58,671 nucleotides of DNA from Deltaproteobacteria bacterium (GTDB lineage Bacteria; Desulfobacterota; Desulfobulbia; Desulfobulbales; Desulfurivibrionaceae). Below are positions 28,995 through 39,637 of this stretch, piece by piece. How positions within the stretch are numbered: position 1 is the first letter of the stretch; every line of letters starts with the position of its first letter. The stretch spans positions 1 to 58,671 of the forward strand of contig JAJZSH010000002.1 of NCBI GenBank assembly GCA_021822005.1, written 5' to 3'. Both the position numbers and the translations under genes were made by a program. The notes below the pieces were generated by a model, which saw only the letters and a program-made list of their open reading frames with translations, searched no databases and had not been told where the DNA came from.

Positions 28995-30779
28995 TCAGCG
29001 AAAGCGGGGCGGCAGGATCTCGTTGATTTTTTCGTCCACCATCCGTCTGGTTTTTTCGTCCACCGCAAGCACCTCCGGGTACCATGGCTTCAGGCGGCAG
29101 TCAAGGATGATGGGCGGGGTCAGGCCGGGGTGGAAGCGGCGCACCTCGGTTGCGGCCGCATGGATATCCGCCGCCGGTTCGAAGCGGGTGAAAACGGTCC
29201 AGAGAAATTCCTGCAGATTTTCCGTGGCAGCCTGTGCATCGTCAACCAGCACGACCACCGGCCAGTCGGCGAGGGCGGGGCAGTGGGCCAGACGGGCGGG
29301 AAGATCCTGCCGGCGGGTAAAACCCTCCCCTTGAACCACCAAGGTGCCGGGGAGAAAGACCGTGGCCCGGTCGCAGCCCTGGGGCAGTTCGCCGTGAAAG
29401 GCCTCGGGCAGGATGCGGCGGGGTTCCTTGCCAAGCCCCATCATCATGGCCTTGGAGCCGTTGTTCACCGAGGGACCGGTATAATCCAGGGTGTCCTGGG
29501 AGACATTGGCAAAGACGAAGAGATCGGTTTGCCAGTTGATCCGTTCCAGTACATGGACCCACAGCCGTTTGAAATCCGTCACCTCGAGATCGCCATCGGT
29601 CAGGATCAGGAATTTGGTGAGCGATAACTGGCCTTCGCCCAGAATGCGAAGACCCGAGGCAAAAGCCTCGCGGGGGTAGCGGTTGGTGACCTTGGCCGCG
29701 GCCAGGCAGTGGAAGCCGGTCTCGCCAAAGGTCTTGAGCTGACGCACCCCGTTCATCACCAGAGGGAAGAGCGGGGACAACAGATCCTGGAGGAAGTCGC
29801 CGATGTAGAAATCCTCCTGCCTGGGGCGGCCCACCACCGTGGCCGGATAGATGGCGTCGCGGCGATGGTACAGCCGTTCCACATGGAAAACCGGGTAGTC
29901 GTGGGTGAGCGAGTTGTAGCCGTAATGGTCGCCAAAGGGGCCTTCCGGTCGCCGCATGTGGGGGGGGACAAAGCCCTTGGCCGCGAATTCGGCGCAGGCC
30001 ACCAGGGGATGGCCGCCTGCGGGATCGCGGGTCATGGGCAACTTTTCTCCGAGCAACAGGGAGGCCAGCATCAGCTCCGGGATGTTTTCCGGCAAGGGGG
30101 CAATGGCGGCCAGCATCAGGGCGGGCGGCCCTCCGATGAAGAGGGTCATGGGCAGGGACTCATTGCGGCTTTCCGCGGCATGGTAATGGTAGCCGCCGCC
30201 CTTGTGGATCTGCCAGTGGATGCCGGTGGTGCGGTCATCGAAACGCTGGATGCGGTACATGCCCAGATTGTGGCCCCGGCCGTCCGGGTGTTCCGTATAG
30301 ACCAGGGGCAGGGTGACAAAGGGGCCTCCGTCCGTGGCCCAGGAGGTGAGCAGGGGCAGCTCGCTCAGCCGGGCCGGGGTCTGGCAGACCTCCAGGATGG
30401 GGGCCTTGTCCGCCGGGACTTTTTTCAACCCCACCTTGGTGGCCTGACCCAGCAGGGAGCGCATTTCCCAGATCTTGCCCAGGCTGGGGGGCATCAGGGT
30501 CTCCGCCGCCCTGACCAGATCGGCCACGAACTGTTGGGGGCGTTTGCCAAAGGCCAGTTCAAGCCTGTGGGCCGTGCCGAAGAGGTTGGTGACCACGGGA
30601 AAACTGCTGCCCTTGACATTGGTGAACAGCAGGGCCGGGCCGCCCTGGGCGATCACCCTCCGATGGATCTCGGCAATCTCCAGATGCGGGTCAACCGGGG
30701 CGGAAACCTCGAGCAGGGAATCTTCCCGGCGCAGGATTTCGAGAAAGGCCCGGAGATCTCTGATAATATGCTGGCTCAC
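28995..30779 (-). CDS. UbiD-family (prFMN) decarboxylase, likely menaquinone pathway
   Basis: GPALLF, NLGMYR, EGPFGDHYGY, VVGRP. Confidence 0.92.
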   Translation of the reverse strand: MSQHIIRDLRAFLEILRREDSLLEVSAPVDPHLEIAEIHRRVIAQGGPALLFTNVKGSSFPVVTNLFGTAHRLELAFGKRPQQFVADLVRAAETLMPPSLGKIWEMRSLLGQATKVGLKKVPADKAPILEVCQTPARLSELPLLTSWATDGGPFVTLPLVYTEHPDGRGHNLGMYRIQRFDDRTTGIHWQIHKGGGYHYHAAESRNESLPMTLFIGGPPALMLAAIAPLPENIPELMLASLLLGEKLPMTRDPAGGHPLVACAEFAAKGFVPPHMRRPEGPFGDHYGYNSLTHDYPVFHVERLYHRRDAIYPATVVGRPRQEDFYIGDFLQDLLSPLFPLVMNGVRQLKTFGETGFHCLAAAKVTNRYPREAFASGLRILGEGQLSLTKFLILTDGDLEVTDFKRLWVHVLERINWQTDLFVFANVSQDTLDYTGPSVNNGSKAMMMGLGKEPRRILPEAFHGELPQGCDRATVFLPGTLVVQGEGFTRRQDLPARLAHCPALADWPVVVLVDDAQAATENLQEFLWTVFTRFEPAADIHAAATEVRRFHPGLTPPIILDCRLKPWYPEVLAVDEKTRRMVDEKINEILPPRFR

Positions 30780-30892
30780 CTTTGCGCTCTCCTTGAGGAT
30801 ATGCTATTTTGTGAAGGTAAATGATGGGGGTTAATTCTTGCTGGCCCCGGAAAAAGCCCATCGTGCGTCCGGGACGGCGTTTTTACAGCGTC

Positions 30893-31138
30893 TCAATCCT
30901 TGAGGAACAGGCGGTGATACTCCTTTTCGCTACAATGCTTATGCATCAGGCGGGAAAGAAAATCAAGGAGCGAGGCGATTTCTCCTTCTTCCAGGCGGGG
31001 AATGAGGGTCTGCAGGAAGTCTGGCTCGGCGAATCGTTGCAGAAATGCCGCCAGGGAACGCTCATCGGTTTCCCGGTTCAGGCCAAAGCAGATGTTTGCC
31101 GCTTTCAGGGGAGTGGGGGGTGTTTTTCTGGTGTTCAT
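30893..31138 (-). CDS. Small conserved cytoplasmic protein
   Basis: ICFGLNRETDE...SEKEYHRLFL ORF. Confidence 0.7.
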   Translation of the reverse strand: MNTRKTPPTPLKAANICFGLNRETDERSLAAFLQRFAEPDFLQTLIPRLEEGEIASLLDFLSRLMHKHCSEKEYHRLFLKD

Positions 31139-31168
31139 AGCAGCTTCCGGTAATTTTGGGTTTTTAAA

Positions 31169-31903
31169 ATGATCGCTTTTAAAAGCAGTGATGGAAAAAT
31201 GTCAAGGCAATGGATAACCCTGAAAAACGGGACGCAATCCACCGAGTCTCAGGAGCTGATCCGGATGGCCCTCGACCGGCTGCGGGAAAAAAGGGAGCTC
31301 GTTTCCCTGGTGCACACAGGCTATCAGTCTCCCAAGACGGTCATCGTCAACTACGACGACCGGATGCTTGAGATTGACAAGCCCATTGACTGGCCCGGAA
31401 CCCAGGAGATTATCCATATCCTGTTCAAGGATGAGGCCATGGTCTGGAACAAGGTGCGGGTCCAGGTCAGGCGCACAACCGAAAGCAGCATCTTTACCGA
31501 GTTTCCCTCAACCCTGTTCCGTCTGCAGCGCCGGACCAACTATCGGGTTGGCGTGCCCCACGGCAGCACGGTCATGTTCATGCATAAAAATGAAATGCGT
31601 CAGGGGTTCCAGGTCATTGATGTCAGCGCCAACGGTATTTTCGTATGCACGGACAGGTTTGCTCCCCTTGAGCCAGGGGATATTCTGCTTGATCTGGCCG
31701 TGTTTTTCCCTGGCGCCGGCACCGGGCTGAGCGCAGGCACCTATATGAACATCAGCAAGGCAAAGGTAATGCGGGCAACCCGGGGAGACAATAAAAAATA
31801 TTGTTACGGTATTCTTTTTGACCTTGCCAAGGGAGAAGAGGAAACGCTTCTCCAGTATGTGCGTCTGCGGGAGCGGGATCTGTTGCGCAAAGGGATGTTT
31901 TGA
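31169..31903 (+). CDS. YcgR-like flagellar brake / PilZ protein
   Basis: QRRTNYR and DVSANG c-di-GMP motifs; start may be at 31199. Confidence 0.85.
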   Translation: MIAFKSSDGKMSRQWITLKNGTQSTESQELIRMALDRLREKRELVSLVHTGYQSPKTVIVNYDDRMLEIDKPIDWPGTQEIIHILFKDEAMVWNKVRVQVRRTTESSIFTEFPSTLFRLQRRTNYRVGVPHGSTVMFMHKNEMRQGFQVIDVSANGIFVCTDRFAPLEPGDILLDLAVFFPGAGTGLSAGTYMNISKAKVMRATRGDNKKYCYGILFDLAKGEEETLLQYVRLRERDLLRKGMF

Positions 31904-31933
31904 TTTTTTCCCCGTGCGCCGTGGCGAGAACGG

Positions 31934-32329
31934 CTAGACAACGCGCCACAAGACCTTGCGGGAGCGGGGCCCGTCAAACTCGCAGAAAAAGATTTTCTGC
32001 CAGGTGCCAAGTTGCAGACGGCCATTTTCAATAAAGATCGTTACCGAGCTGCCGACAAGCGAGGCCATGACATGGGCCGGAGAATTGCCCTCCAGATGCT
32101 GGTAAGGATGATTCACCGGCACGATTTTTTGCAGGGCCGCAAGGATATCGGTCTGCACAGCGGGGTCTGCCCCTTCGTTGATGGTCAGCCCGGCGGTGGT
32201 ATGGGGGGTGTACACGTGGCAGACGCCATCAACAATGCCGCTTGCAGCCACACCCTTTTGCACCTGGGCGGTGATGTCGGAAAACTGCATGGTCTTCGAG
32301 GTGGAAACGGCAAAGGTTCCTGCTGGCAT
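31934..32329 (-). CDS. yjbQ: YjbQ/UPF0047 family protein
   Basis: HTTAGLTINE, HLEGNSPAH, LGTWQ, EFDGPR. Confidence 0.93.
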   Translation of the reverse strand: MPAGTFAVSTSKTMQFSDITAQVQKGVAASGIVDGVCHVYTPHTTAGLTINEGADPAVQTDILAALQKIVPVNHPYQHLEGNSPAHVMASLVGSSVTIFIENGRLQLGTWQKIFFCEFDGPRSRKVLWRVV

Positions 32330-32369
32330 GGAAGATCTCCTGGGCCGAAATGATGGGGGCAAATACTCC

Positions 32370-32487
32370 TAAGCCGTTGTTAAAAATGTTGGTCGTTCCG
32401 TATGGGTAAGACGGCAGCAGTGTAGCGGCGTAAGGAGCCGTAAAGAAACGGCCGGAATTGTACAAGTTGTTTTGCAACGGCTCCTAA
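32370..32487 (+). repeat. Family-2 repeat, complete copy
   Basis: TAAGCCGTTG...TAAGGAGCCGTA...CAACGGCTCCTAA. Confidence 0.8.
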
Positions 32488-32582
32488 GTTCTGCAAGAAA
32501 ACTGTACGGTTATGACTATAATAGATTGCGGAACGTGTCAAATTGATTATAGAGCGGATTGGGTAAAAACAGGGAAGGGGCT

Positions 32583-33215
32583 ATGGTAGAGAAAGTTTTT
32601 GAAAATCTTCGCTGGCTCGGCCATGACTCTTTTCTGCTCCGGGCCGGGGGCAAGATTATCTATTTCGATCCCTTCCAGCTTGGTCCGGGGCTGCCGCCCG
32701 CCGATATCATCTGTATTTCCCATGCGCATTACGACCATTGCTCTCCCGCTGATGTGCTCACGATCCAGCAGCCCACCACCCTCATTGTTACCGAAACACA
32801 GGCCGCGGCAAAACTTAAGGGGAAGATCATCACCCTTGCCCCGGGCGAGCGGTGCGAGGTGGAGGGGGTCACCATCGAGACGGTTCCTGCCTACAATACC
32901 AACAAGCAGTTTCATCCCCAGTCCAACAGCTGGCTGGGATTTATCCTCACCGTTGACGGAGTGCGGGTGTACCACGCCGGCGACACCGATTATATTCCGG
33001 AGATGAAAAATATCCGGGCGGATATTGCCCTGCTGCCTGTTTCCGGCACCTATGTGATGACCGCCGGGGAAGCGGCGCGGGCGGCCCTTGCTATCGGGCC
33101 CAGGATCGCGGTGCCCATGCACTATGGTGCCATTGTCGGTTCAACCGATGATGCGGCCCGCTTTGCCGCGGCGCTTGCCGGACGGGTACGGGTGGAAATT
33201 CTTGGCCGCGGATAG
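32583..33215 (+). CDS. Metallo-beta-lactamase fold hydrolase
   Basis: SHAHYDH, YHAGDT, PMHYG. Confidence 0.92.
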   Translation: MVEKVFENLRWLGHDSFLLRAGGKIIYFDPFQLGPGLPPADIICISHAHYDHCSPADVLTIQQPTTLIVTETQAAAKLKGKIITLAPGERCEVEGVTIETVPAYNTNKQFHPQSNSWLGFILTVDGVRVYHAGDTDYIPEMKNIRADIALLPVSGTYVMTAGEAARAALAIGPRIAVPMHYGAIVGSTDDAARFAAALAGRVRVEILGRG

Positions 33216-33912
33216 CCCCCAATATTTTCCGGTCTGCCTCAAGATCGCCGGCCGGCAATGCCTGGTCATCGGCGGCGGGCGGGTTGGCGAGCGCAAGGTG
33301 CAGGGGCTGCTGGCCCATGGCGCTTTGGTCAAGGTGATCAGTCCCGGGTTGAGCGAGACGCTTTCCGCCCTGCTGCGGGCCGGGACGATTGACTGGCTGG
33401 ACCGCCTGTATCAGGAAGGAGATCTGGCCGGGGCTTTTCTGGTCATTGCCGCCACCGATGACCCTGCCGTGCAGGAGCGGGTCCATGCCGAGGCCGAAGA
33501 GCGGAACATCCTGCTCAATGTGGCGGATGTGCCGAAATGGTGTAATTTCATTCTCCCGGCCACGGCGCGGCGGGGAGACCTGGCCATTTCCGTTTCCACC
33601 GCAGGAAAAAGCCCGGCCCTGGCCAGTACCCTGCGTCAGGCGCTGGAGGTCCAGTTTGGTCCTGAATATGGGGTTCTGGTGGATATCCTCGGGGCTCTGC
33701 GGGATACCGTTCTGGCCGGCGGCAGGCCGCATGCGGAAAACAAGCTGATTTTTGCCCGGCTGGCTGATCCCGGGATGGCGGTCTGGATCAGGGACGGCCT
33801 CTGGCAAAAACTCGCCGCCCATATTCAGGAAGTCCTGGGCCCTGATGTCCCCCTTGCCTGCCTGGAGGCGGCCAGACAGGCATACCAGCAATCTTCAGGA
33901 GCGACGCGATGA
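33202..33912 (+). CDS. sirC: Precorrin-2 dehydrogenase / sirohydrochlorin ferrochelatase (SirC / CysG-N)
   Basis: YFPV, GGGRVGERK, NVAD, STAGKSPALA; TTG start inferred. Confidence 0.88.
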   Translation: MAADSPQYFPVCLKIAGRQCLVIGGGRVGERKVQGLLAHGALVKVISPGLSETLSALLRAGTIDWLDRLYQEGDLAGAFLVIAATDDPAVQERVHAEAEERNILLNVADVPKWCNFILPATARRGDLAISVSTAGKSPALASTLRQALEVQFGPEYGVLVDILGALRDTVLAGGRPHAENKLIFARLADPGMAVWIRDGLWQKLAAHIQEVLGPDVPLACLEAARQAYQQSSGATR

Positions 33913-34724
33913 CCCTGTTGTTTCAGCTCACCCTGTATCTGTACCTCCTGGCCACCGCAGTGTATGTGGTCCATTTTCTCTCCCAGCACAAACAGGTACG
34001 GGCCGTTGCCCGGGGGATTCTTCTCGCCGGCGGCATCCTGCATACCGTGTATTTTGTTGTCCGCTATGTCGCCGCGGGGCATACCCCCCTGACCAGCAAC
34101 CATGAAGCGGTTTCCTTTTTTGCCTGGTCCATGACCTGGGCCTTTTTGTCTTTCTGGTGGCGGTACCGGGTGAAAAACTTCGGCGTCTTTGTTTCGCCGC
34201 TTATTTCTCTGCTGATGCTGATCGCCGCCTTTTCCTCCCAGGAGATGGCGCCGTTGCCCCCGGCCCTTAGGAGCAACTGGCTGCCGGTGCATGCCGGCAT
34301 CGCCATCATGGCCAACGGCTTCATGGCCCTGGCTTTCTGTGGCGGGGTCATGTACCTCCTGCAGGAACGGGAGATCAAGAAGAAGAAATTCGGAATATTT
34401 TACAGCCGTCTGCCCTCCCTGGAGGCGCTGGACAACCTCAACCAGCATTGCCTGGCCCTGGGTTTTCTGCTGCTGACCCTGGGGATCATCACCGGTTCGG
34501 TCTGGGCAAAGCAGGCCTGGGGGGCATACTGGCAGTGGGACCCCAAGGAAACCTGGTCGCTCATCACCTGGCTCATCTACGCGGCCATCCTGCACCAGCG
34601 GCTCACCGTGGGCTGGCGGCGGAGGCGGGCGGCAATCATGGCCATTGCCGGGTTTGGTGCGGTTCTTTTCACCCTCTGGGGTGTAACGTATCTGTTGGGG
34701 GGAGTGCACTCCTATGTTGGCTGA
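33909..34724 (+). CDS. ccsA: Cytochrome c assembly protein CcsA/ResC-like (HemX-type)
   Basis: WGAYWQWDPKETWS (WWD) motif, multi-TM. Confidence 0.88.
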   Translation: MTLLFQLTLYLYLLATAVYVVHFLSQHKQVRAVARGILLAGGILHTVYFVVRYVAAGHTPLTSNHEAVSFFAWSMTWAFLSFWWRYRVKNFGVFVSPLISLLMLIAAFSSQEMAPLPPALRSNWLPVHAGIAIMANGFMALAFCGGVMYLLQEREIKKKKFGIFYSRLPSLEALDNLNQHCLALGFLLLTLGIITGSVWAKQAWGAYWQWDPKETWSLITWLIYAAILHQRLTVGWRRRRAAIMAIAGFGAVLFTLWGVTYLLGGVHSYVG

Positions 34725-36000
34725 GAGCATCGTCATCATCGGCGTGAATCATAAGACCGCCCCGGTGGCGGTGCGGGAAAAGCTGGCCTTTTCCGGGGAT
34801 TGCGCCGGGCCGCTGCTGACGCTGATGCATATCGAGGGGTGCCGGGAGTGCTGCTTTCTCTCCACCTGCAACCGGGTGGAGGTTATTTTTGCGGCCAGCG
34901 ACCCGGCCGCGGCAGCGGTGGCCGTGCGCGGCTTTCTTTTTGCCAGGAGCGGCCTTGCCGACATCGAAGCCCAGCAGTACAGCTATATGCATCAGGGCAA
35001 GGATGCGGTTGCGCATCTGTACAGTGTTGCAGCCAGCCTCGATTCCATGGTGGTGGGGGAACCCCAGATCCTGGGGCAATTGAAGCAGGCATACCGCGAA
35101 GCGGTGGAGCAGAAAACCACCGGCGTCATCCTGAACCGGCTGCTGCACAAATCATTTTCCGTGGCCAAAAGGGTGCGCACCGAAACAAATATCGGCGGCA
35201 GCGCGGTTTCCATCAGTTATGCGGCAGTGCAGCTGGCAAAAAAAATCTTCGGCAGCCTGCGGGACAAGTCGGTGCTTTTGGTGGGGGCCGGGGAAATGGC
35301 CGAGCTGGCGGCCGAGCATCTGGTCAAGCAGGGGATCGGCCGGGTAGTGGTGGCCAACCGCACCGTGGAACGGGCGGCCAAGCTGGCCCGCCGGTTTAAC
35401 GGCACCGCCGTTGGTCTGGCCGAGTTGACCACCCAGCTGGCGGAGGTTGATATCCTGCTCAGTTCCACCGGGGCCACCGACCTGATTCTCCGGAAAGATC
35501 AGGTGAAGCAGCTCATGCGGCAGCGGAAAAACAGGCCGCTTTTTCTTATCGATATTGCGGTGCCCCGCGATCTTGACCCGGAACTCAACGACCTGGACAA
35601 TGTCTACCTCTATGATATCGACGACCTGAAAAACGTGGTCGATGTGAACAAGGCGGAGCGGGAAAAGGAGGCGCTGCGGGCGGAGGGCATTGTCGCCGAG
35701 GAGGTGGTCAAGTTCGGGCAGTGGCTGGAAGGCATGGAGCTGGCCCCCACCATCACCGCCATCAGGCAAAAGGCCAACGGTATCCGCGAGGCCGAGGTGG
35801 CAAAAACCTTGAGCACCTTGAAATCCCTTTCGGAGAACGAGCGGCGTTCGGTGGAGATGCTGGCCAACGCCATTGTCAACAAATTGCTGCATGAACCCAT
35901 GGTTTTCCTGAAAAATACCACCCCCCATGACAATCCACAGCTCAAGCTGGCCTTTGTCCGGCAGCTGTTCGGCCTTGACAAGGAATCGTCGGAACAGTAA
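34714..36000 (+). CDS. hemA: Glutamyl-tRNA reductase
   Basis: HKTAPV, STCNRVE, GEPQILGQ, GAGEM, DIAVPRD. Confidence 0.98.
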   Translation: MLAESIVIIGVNHKTAPVAVREKLAFSGDCAGPLLTLMHIEGCRECCFLSTCNRVEVIFAASDPAAAAVAVRGFLFARSGLADIEAQQYSYMHQGKDAVAHLYSVAASLDSMVVGEPQILGQLKQAYREAVEQKTTGVILNRLLHKSFSVAKRVRTETNIGGSAVSISYAAVQLAKKIFGSLRDKSVLLVGAGEMAELAAEHLVKQGIGRVVVANRTVERAAKLARRFNGTAVGLAELTTQLAEVDILLSSTGATDLILRKDQVKQLMRQRKNRPLFLIDIAVPRDLDPELNDLDNVYLYDIDDLKNVVDVNKAEREKEALRAEGIVAEEVVKFGQWLEGMELAPTITAIRQKANGIREAEVAKTLSTLKSLSENERRSVEMLANAIVNKLLHEPMVFLKNTTPHDNPQLKLAFVRQLFGLDKESSEQ

Positions 36001-36177
36001 CCGCCAAGTCGTGATCAGCCCCCCCAAAAAAAATAAAAGCCTTGTGTGCCTGATTTGTATCGTGAAAGAATCGCTGAATGGCTATATTCCCTTCATTATG
36101 AAATCTGAATTCAGACGCATAATCGCCACCATGCTCTTGTGCGTGACCATCATAGGCTTGGCGATGTCATTCAGCGA
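35956..36177 (+). repeat. Diverged direct repeat, copy 1 (hemA 3' end + intergenic + gene start)
   Basis: Aligns with 40782-40999. Confidence 0.9.
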
Positions 36178-36190
36178 GATGTTGCACTAA
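36098..36190 (+). pseudogene. Truncated copy of the 40920 gene
   Basis: MKSEFRRIIATMLLCVTIIGLAMSFSE then stop, versus MKSEFRRIIAPMLLCVAIIGLAMSLSE. Confidence 0.85.
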
Positions 36191-36299
36191 TTGCAAATTT
36201 AACCAGCATTGTTTAACATTTCCCACGATGGTCTTGGACCGCATACTCTTCACGTCCGCGTGTCCATAACTCAAAGAGCGTATAGAACTTCGTTACCCG

Positions 36300-38048
36300 A
36301 TGATTCCTAAATCAACCCCTTCTTTTAAGTTTTCCAGGACCGGCCTGACGATAGTCGCCGCCAGTATCATCCTGTTTTCTGTGTTGACTGTCATTACCTT
36401 CCGGAATTTAAACCGCGAACAGCAGCTGATGAAACATTTCCTGCTGCAGGAGGGGCTAACCCTTATCCGCGCCTTCGAGGCAGGGGCCCGCACCTCGATG
36501 ATGCTGGGTTGGCAAGGAGAGGACAATCTTGTCGCCCTGGTCCAGGAAACGGCAAAATCGCCGACCATTGCCTATATCAGCATCATTAATGAGCAGGGAA
36601 AGGTGATGGCCGCCGCCGGTGAATGGCGGGATTCGAGCACTCGCCCTCCTGTAAGCCAAGTGCTTTCTCGTAACGTACCGCTCACCAATTTCGCTGTTCA
36701 AGATTCTCCAAAAGAAATTTTTGAGGTGGCAAAGGAATTCAATCCGGTGGCCAGCCTGGAATATGGCTGGGAAAATCGGCAAAGTCGCTGGCAACAGTGG
36801 TGTCAGTCGAAAAAACACGGCACGCCGATGACCGGCAGACAGGCGATTTTCGTGGGGCTCTACACTGCCGAGTTCGATGAAGCCAGAAAAGAGGATGTGA
36901 AGCAGGCCCTCATGATGGGCGGCATTCTGTTTCTGTTGGGCAGCGCTGGCCTGTATTTTATTTTTCTGTATCAAGGAATACGGGTCAGCCGCTCCACCTT
37001 GGCCAACATGGAACTCTATACGCGCAACGTCATCGAGAGCATGCCAGCCGGGCTGCTCACCTTGGATACCCATGGACGGATAGTTTCCAGCAATGGCAAA
37101 ATGGAGGAACTGTTAGGAAAACCCATGGCGGAACTGGAAGGCAAGACCTTGCGGCAAATAGCCGGCAATAGACAAAGCCAGATGGAGCCGCTCGTCCAGG
37201 GAGGCACGGATTTTGTTGATCTTCCCTTGGAATATCAACAACAGGACGGGGAAACCATCCCGATCAAGGTTAGTGCGGCGCGCCTTTTGAATAAAGACGG
37301 GAAATGGCTGGGCACGGTTCTGACCTTCAGAGACATGCGGGAAATCCGTGAAATGGAGGAAAAACTGGAACGTTCCCGCCGCCTTGCCGCTCTGGGTCGA
37401 ATGGCTGCCGGCATAGCCCATGAAATACGTAATCCATTGGGAACACTGCGCGGATTTGCCCAGTACTTCGGCAGCCAAGCGCAAGGCGGCAACGCCAAAC
37501 GGTATGCGGAACTTATGATCGGCGAAGTAGATCGTTTGAATCGGACCATCTCGGCCTTGCTGCAATTTGCCAAGCCCAGGGAGCCGGAGTTTGAAAAGGT
37601 TGTATTGGCTGAGTTGCTGACAAAGACAGCCCAACTGCTGGCGGATGACTTCAAAAGCCACGCGGTAGCCTTTGAATTGGATGTTCCTGAAGAGAATATT
37701 CTCTTGGAAGCGGACCCGGATCTTTTTATCCAGGTGTTGCTCAACCTGCTTCAAAACGCACTCGCTGCCGTGCAGGAAGAAGGTTCCATTATTTTGGGAG
37801 CCCGGCGTTATGATGATGCGGTCCATATTTGGGTGCGGGATAATGGCAAAGGCATGACCCAAGAGGAGCAGGCGCGCATGTTTGATCCTTTTTTCTCCAC
37901 CCGCAAAACCGGAACAGGACTCGGCCTGGCTGTGGTTCATAACATCGTTGAACAACACCATGCCCGCATAAACGTTGAAAGTGAAAGCGGCAAAGGCACG
38001 ACAATTACGCTGGTTCTTCCCATAAACCAAGGAGAGCGCCGTGGGTAG
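36300..38048 (+). CDS. zraS: ZraS-like PAS sensor histidine kinase
   Basis: LIRAFEAGART periplasmic motif, AHEIRNPL, DNGKG, GTGLGL. Confidence 0.82.
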   Translation: MIPKSTPSFKFSRTGLTIVAASIILFSVLTVITFRNLNREQQLMKHFLLQEGLTLIRAFEAGARTSMMLGWQGEDNLVALVQETAKSPTIAYISIINEQGKVMAAAGEWRDSSTRPPVSQVLSRNVPLTNFAVQDSPKEIFEVAKEFNPVASLEYGWENRQSRWQQWCQSKKHGTPMTGRQAIFVGLYTAEFDEARKEDVKQALMMGGILFLLGSAGLYFIFLYQGIRVSRSTLANMELYTRNVIESMPAGLLTLDTHGRIVSSNGKMEELLGKPMAELEGKTLRQIAGNRQSQMEPLVQGGTDFVDLPLEYQQQDGETIPIKVSAARLLNKDGKWLGTVLTFRDMREIREMEEKLERSRRLAALGRMAAGIAHEIRNPLGTLRGFAQYFGSQAQGGNAKRYAELMIGEVDRLNRTISALLQFAKPREPEFEKVVLAELLTKTAQLLADDFKSHAVAFELDVPEENILLEADPDLFIQVLLNLLQNALAAVQEEGSIILGARRYDDAVHIWVRDNGKGMTQEEQARMFDPFFSTRKTGTGLGLAVVHNIVEQHHARINVESESGKGTTITLVLPINQGERRG

Positions 38049-39414
38049 TGAGGGAAAAAGAATTCTGCTGGTGGATGATGATGTCGCCCACCGCACCATG
38101 CTCAACGCCAACCTGACAGATGCCGGCTACGAGATTGTTGAGGCGGAGGACGGCGATCAGGTATTGCCGATCCTTCATGAACAGAAGATTGATCTCATCT
38201 TGCTTGACCTTAAAATGAAACGCATGGGGGGGATTGAAACACTCGCCGCCATGAAAGAAATCCATTGCGTTCTCCCGGTTATTATTCTAACGGCCTTCTC
38301 CTCGGTGGAAAGCGCGGTCACGGCAATGAAGCAAGGCGCCTTCGATTATATAACAAAACCCGTTGATATCGAGGAACTGAAGCTGACGTTGACCAGAGCT
38401 TTGACCTTTGAGCGGCTGCAGGCTGAAAATGTCCTTCTCAAAACGCGCCTCCACGAACAATTCGACTTTGGCAACATCATCGGTCGCAGTCGCGGGATGC
38501 AGGAGCTGTTTGCAACCCTGGCCCTGGTGGCCCCCAGCGACGCCACGGTGCTCATTGCGGGAGAGTCCGGCACGGGCAAGGAATTGGTTGCCAATGTTCT
38601 CCATGAGAACAGCCTGCGCAAAAATGGCCCGTTTATTAAGGTAAACTGTGCGGCGCTCCATGAAAATTTGCTGGAAAGCGAACTTTTCGGCCATGAAAAA
38701 GGCGCCTTCACCGGAGCGGCAACACAACGAAAAGGGCGGTTTGAACAGGCGCATAAGGGTACTTTGTTTCTGGATGAGATCGGCGACATGAGCCTGACTA
38801 CACAGGCTAAAATACTGAGGGTGTTACAGGAAGGGGAATTTGAGCGTCTCGGCGGCGATAAAAGCATCAAGGTTGATGTGCGCCTGCTGGCCGCCACCCA
38901 TAGGAATTTGGAGCGCATGGTCGAGGAAGGCACATTCCGCCAGGATCTCTACTTCCGTCTTAACGTTGTCCCGGTTGTGCTTCCCCCGCTGCGGGATCGA
39001 CGCGAGGACATCCCGCCGTTAGCCGACTTCTTCCTGAAAAAATATTCACGGAAAAACCGCAAAAATATCCGTGGGATTCACCCCCAAGCCCTGGAGCTGT
39101 TAACACGCTATGAATGGCCAGGCAATATTCGCGAGTTGGAAAACACCATGGAACGGGCCGTGATCCTCTGTCCCGGGGAACAGATATCTCCCCCGGAGCT
39201 TTCGCCCAACCTTCGCCCAAACGATGATGAATACCGGGCTGATGACAGGCCGTCCTCGTCCCTTTCCGGTCTCACCACCCTTCGTGACATGGAACGCGAA
39301 CTGATCCGCGCCACCCTTCAACAGACCAACGGGAATAAATCCCAGACCTCCAAGATTCTCGGCATTGCCCGCCAGACTCTGCAAAATAAGATGAAAGAAT
39401 ACGATCTTTCCTAA
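38041..39414 (+). CDS. zraR: ZraR-like sigma54 response regulator
   Basis: VDDDVAHR, AFSSVESAV, GESGTGKE, GAFTGA, HTH. Confidence 0.85.
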   Translation: MGSEGKRILLVDDDVAHRTMLNANLTDAGYEIVEAEDGDQVLPILHEQKIDLILLDLKMKRMGGIETLAAMKEIHCVLPVIILTAFSSVESAVTAMKQGAFDYITKPVDIEELKLTLTRALTFERLQAENVLLKTRLHEQFDFGNIIGRSRGMQELFATLALVAPSDATVLIAGESGTGKELVANVLHENSLRKNGPFIKVNCAALHENLLESELFGHEKGAFTGAATQRKGRFEQAHKGTLFLDEIGDMSLTTQAKILRVLQEGEFERLGGDKSIKVDVRLLAATHRNLERMVEEGTFRQDLYFRLNVVPVVLPPLRDRREDIPPLADFFLKKYSRKNRKNIRGIHPQALELLTRYEWPGNIRELENTMERAVILCPGEQISPPELSPNLRPNDDEYRADDRPSSSLSGLTTLRDMERELIRATLQQTNGNKSQTSKILGIARQTLQNKMKEYDLS

Positions 39415-39427
39415 GAAAACTCTCCAC

Positions 39428-39489
39428 CTGTCTTATTTTTAGGCGCCTGCTTCATCTGCCTCATATCCAGCTGCCTATTTTTTGGGCAG
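39428..39489. promoter_or_regulatory. Putative tandem activator-binding sites (UAS)
   Basis: CTGTCTTATTTTTAGGCG and CTGCCTATTTTTTGGGCAG about 100-150 bp upstream of the sigma54 promoter. Confidence 0.55.
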
Positions 39490-39585
39490 ATGCGACTCCT
39501 GGTCTTCTTGTCCGTTTCTCCAGAACAACATATTTATCATTTTGTTTCATATGGTTATAAATAATAACTCCTCCAAAAAACTTGT

Positions 39586-39601
39586 TGGCACGCTCTTTGC
39601 T
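39586..39601 (+). promoter_or_regulatory. sigma54 -24/-12 promoter
   Basis: TGGCAC-GCTCT-TTGCT. Confidence 0.88.
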
Positions 39602-39637
39602 TTGACCATAAGCAAAGAGTAAACAAGGGAGGATGCC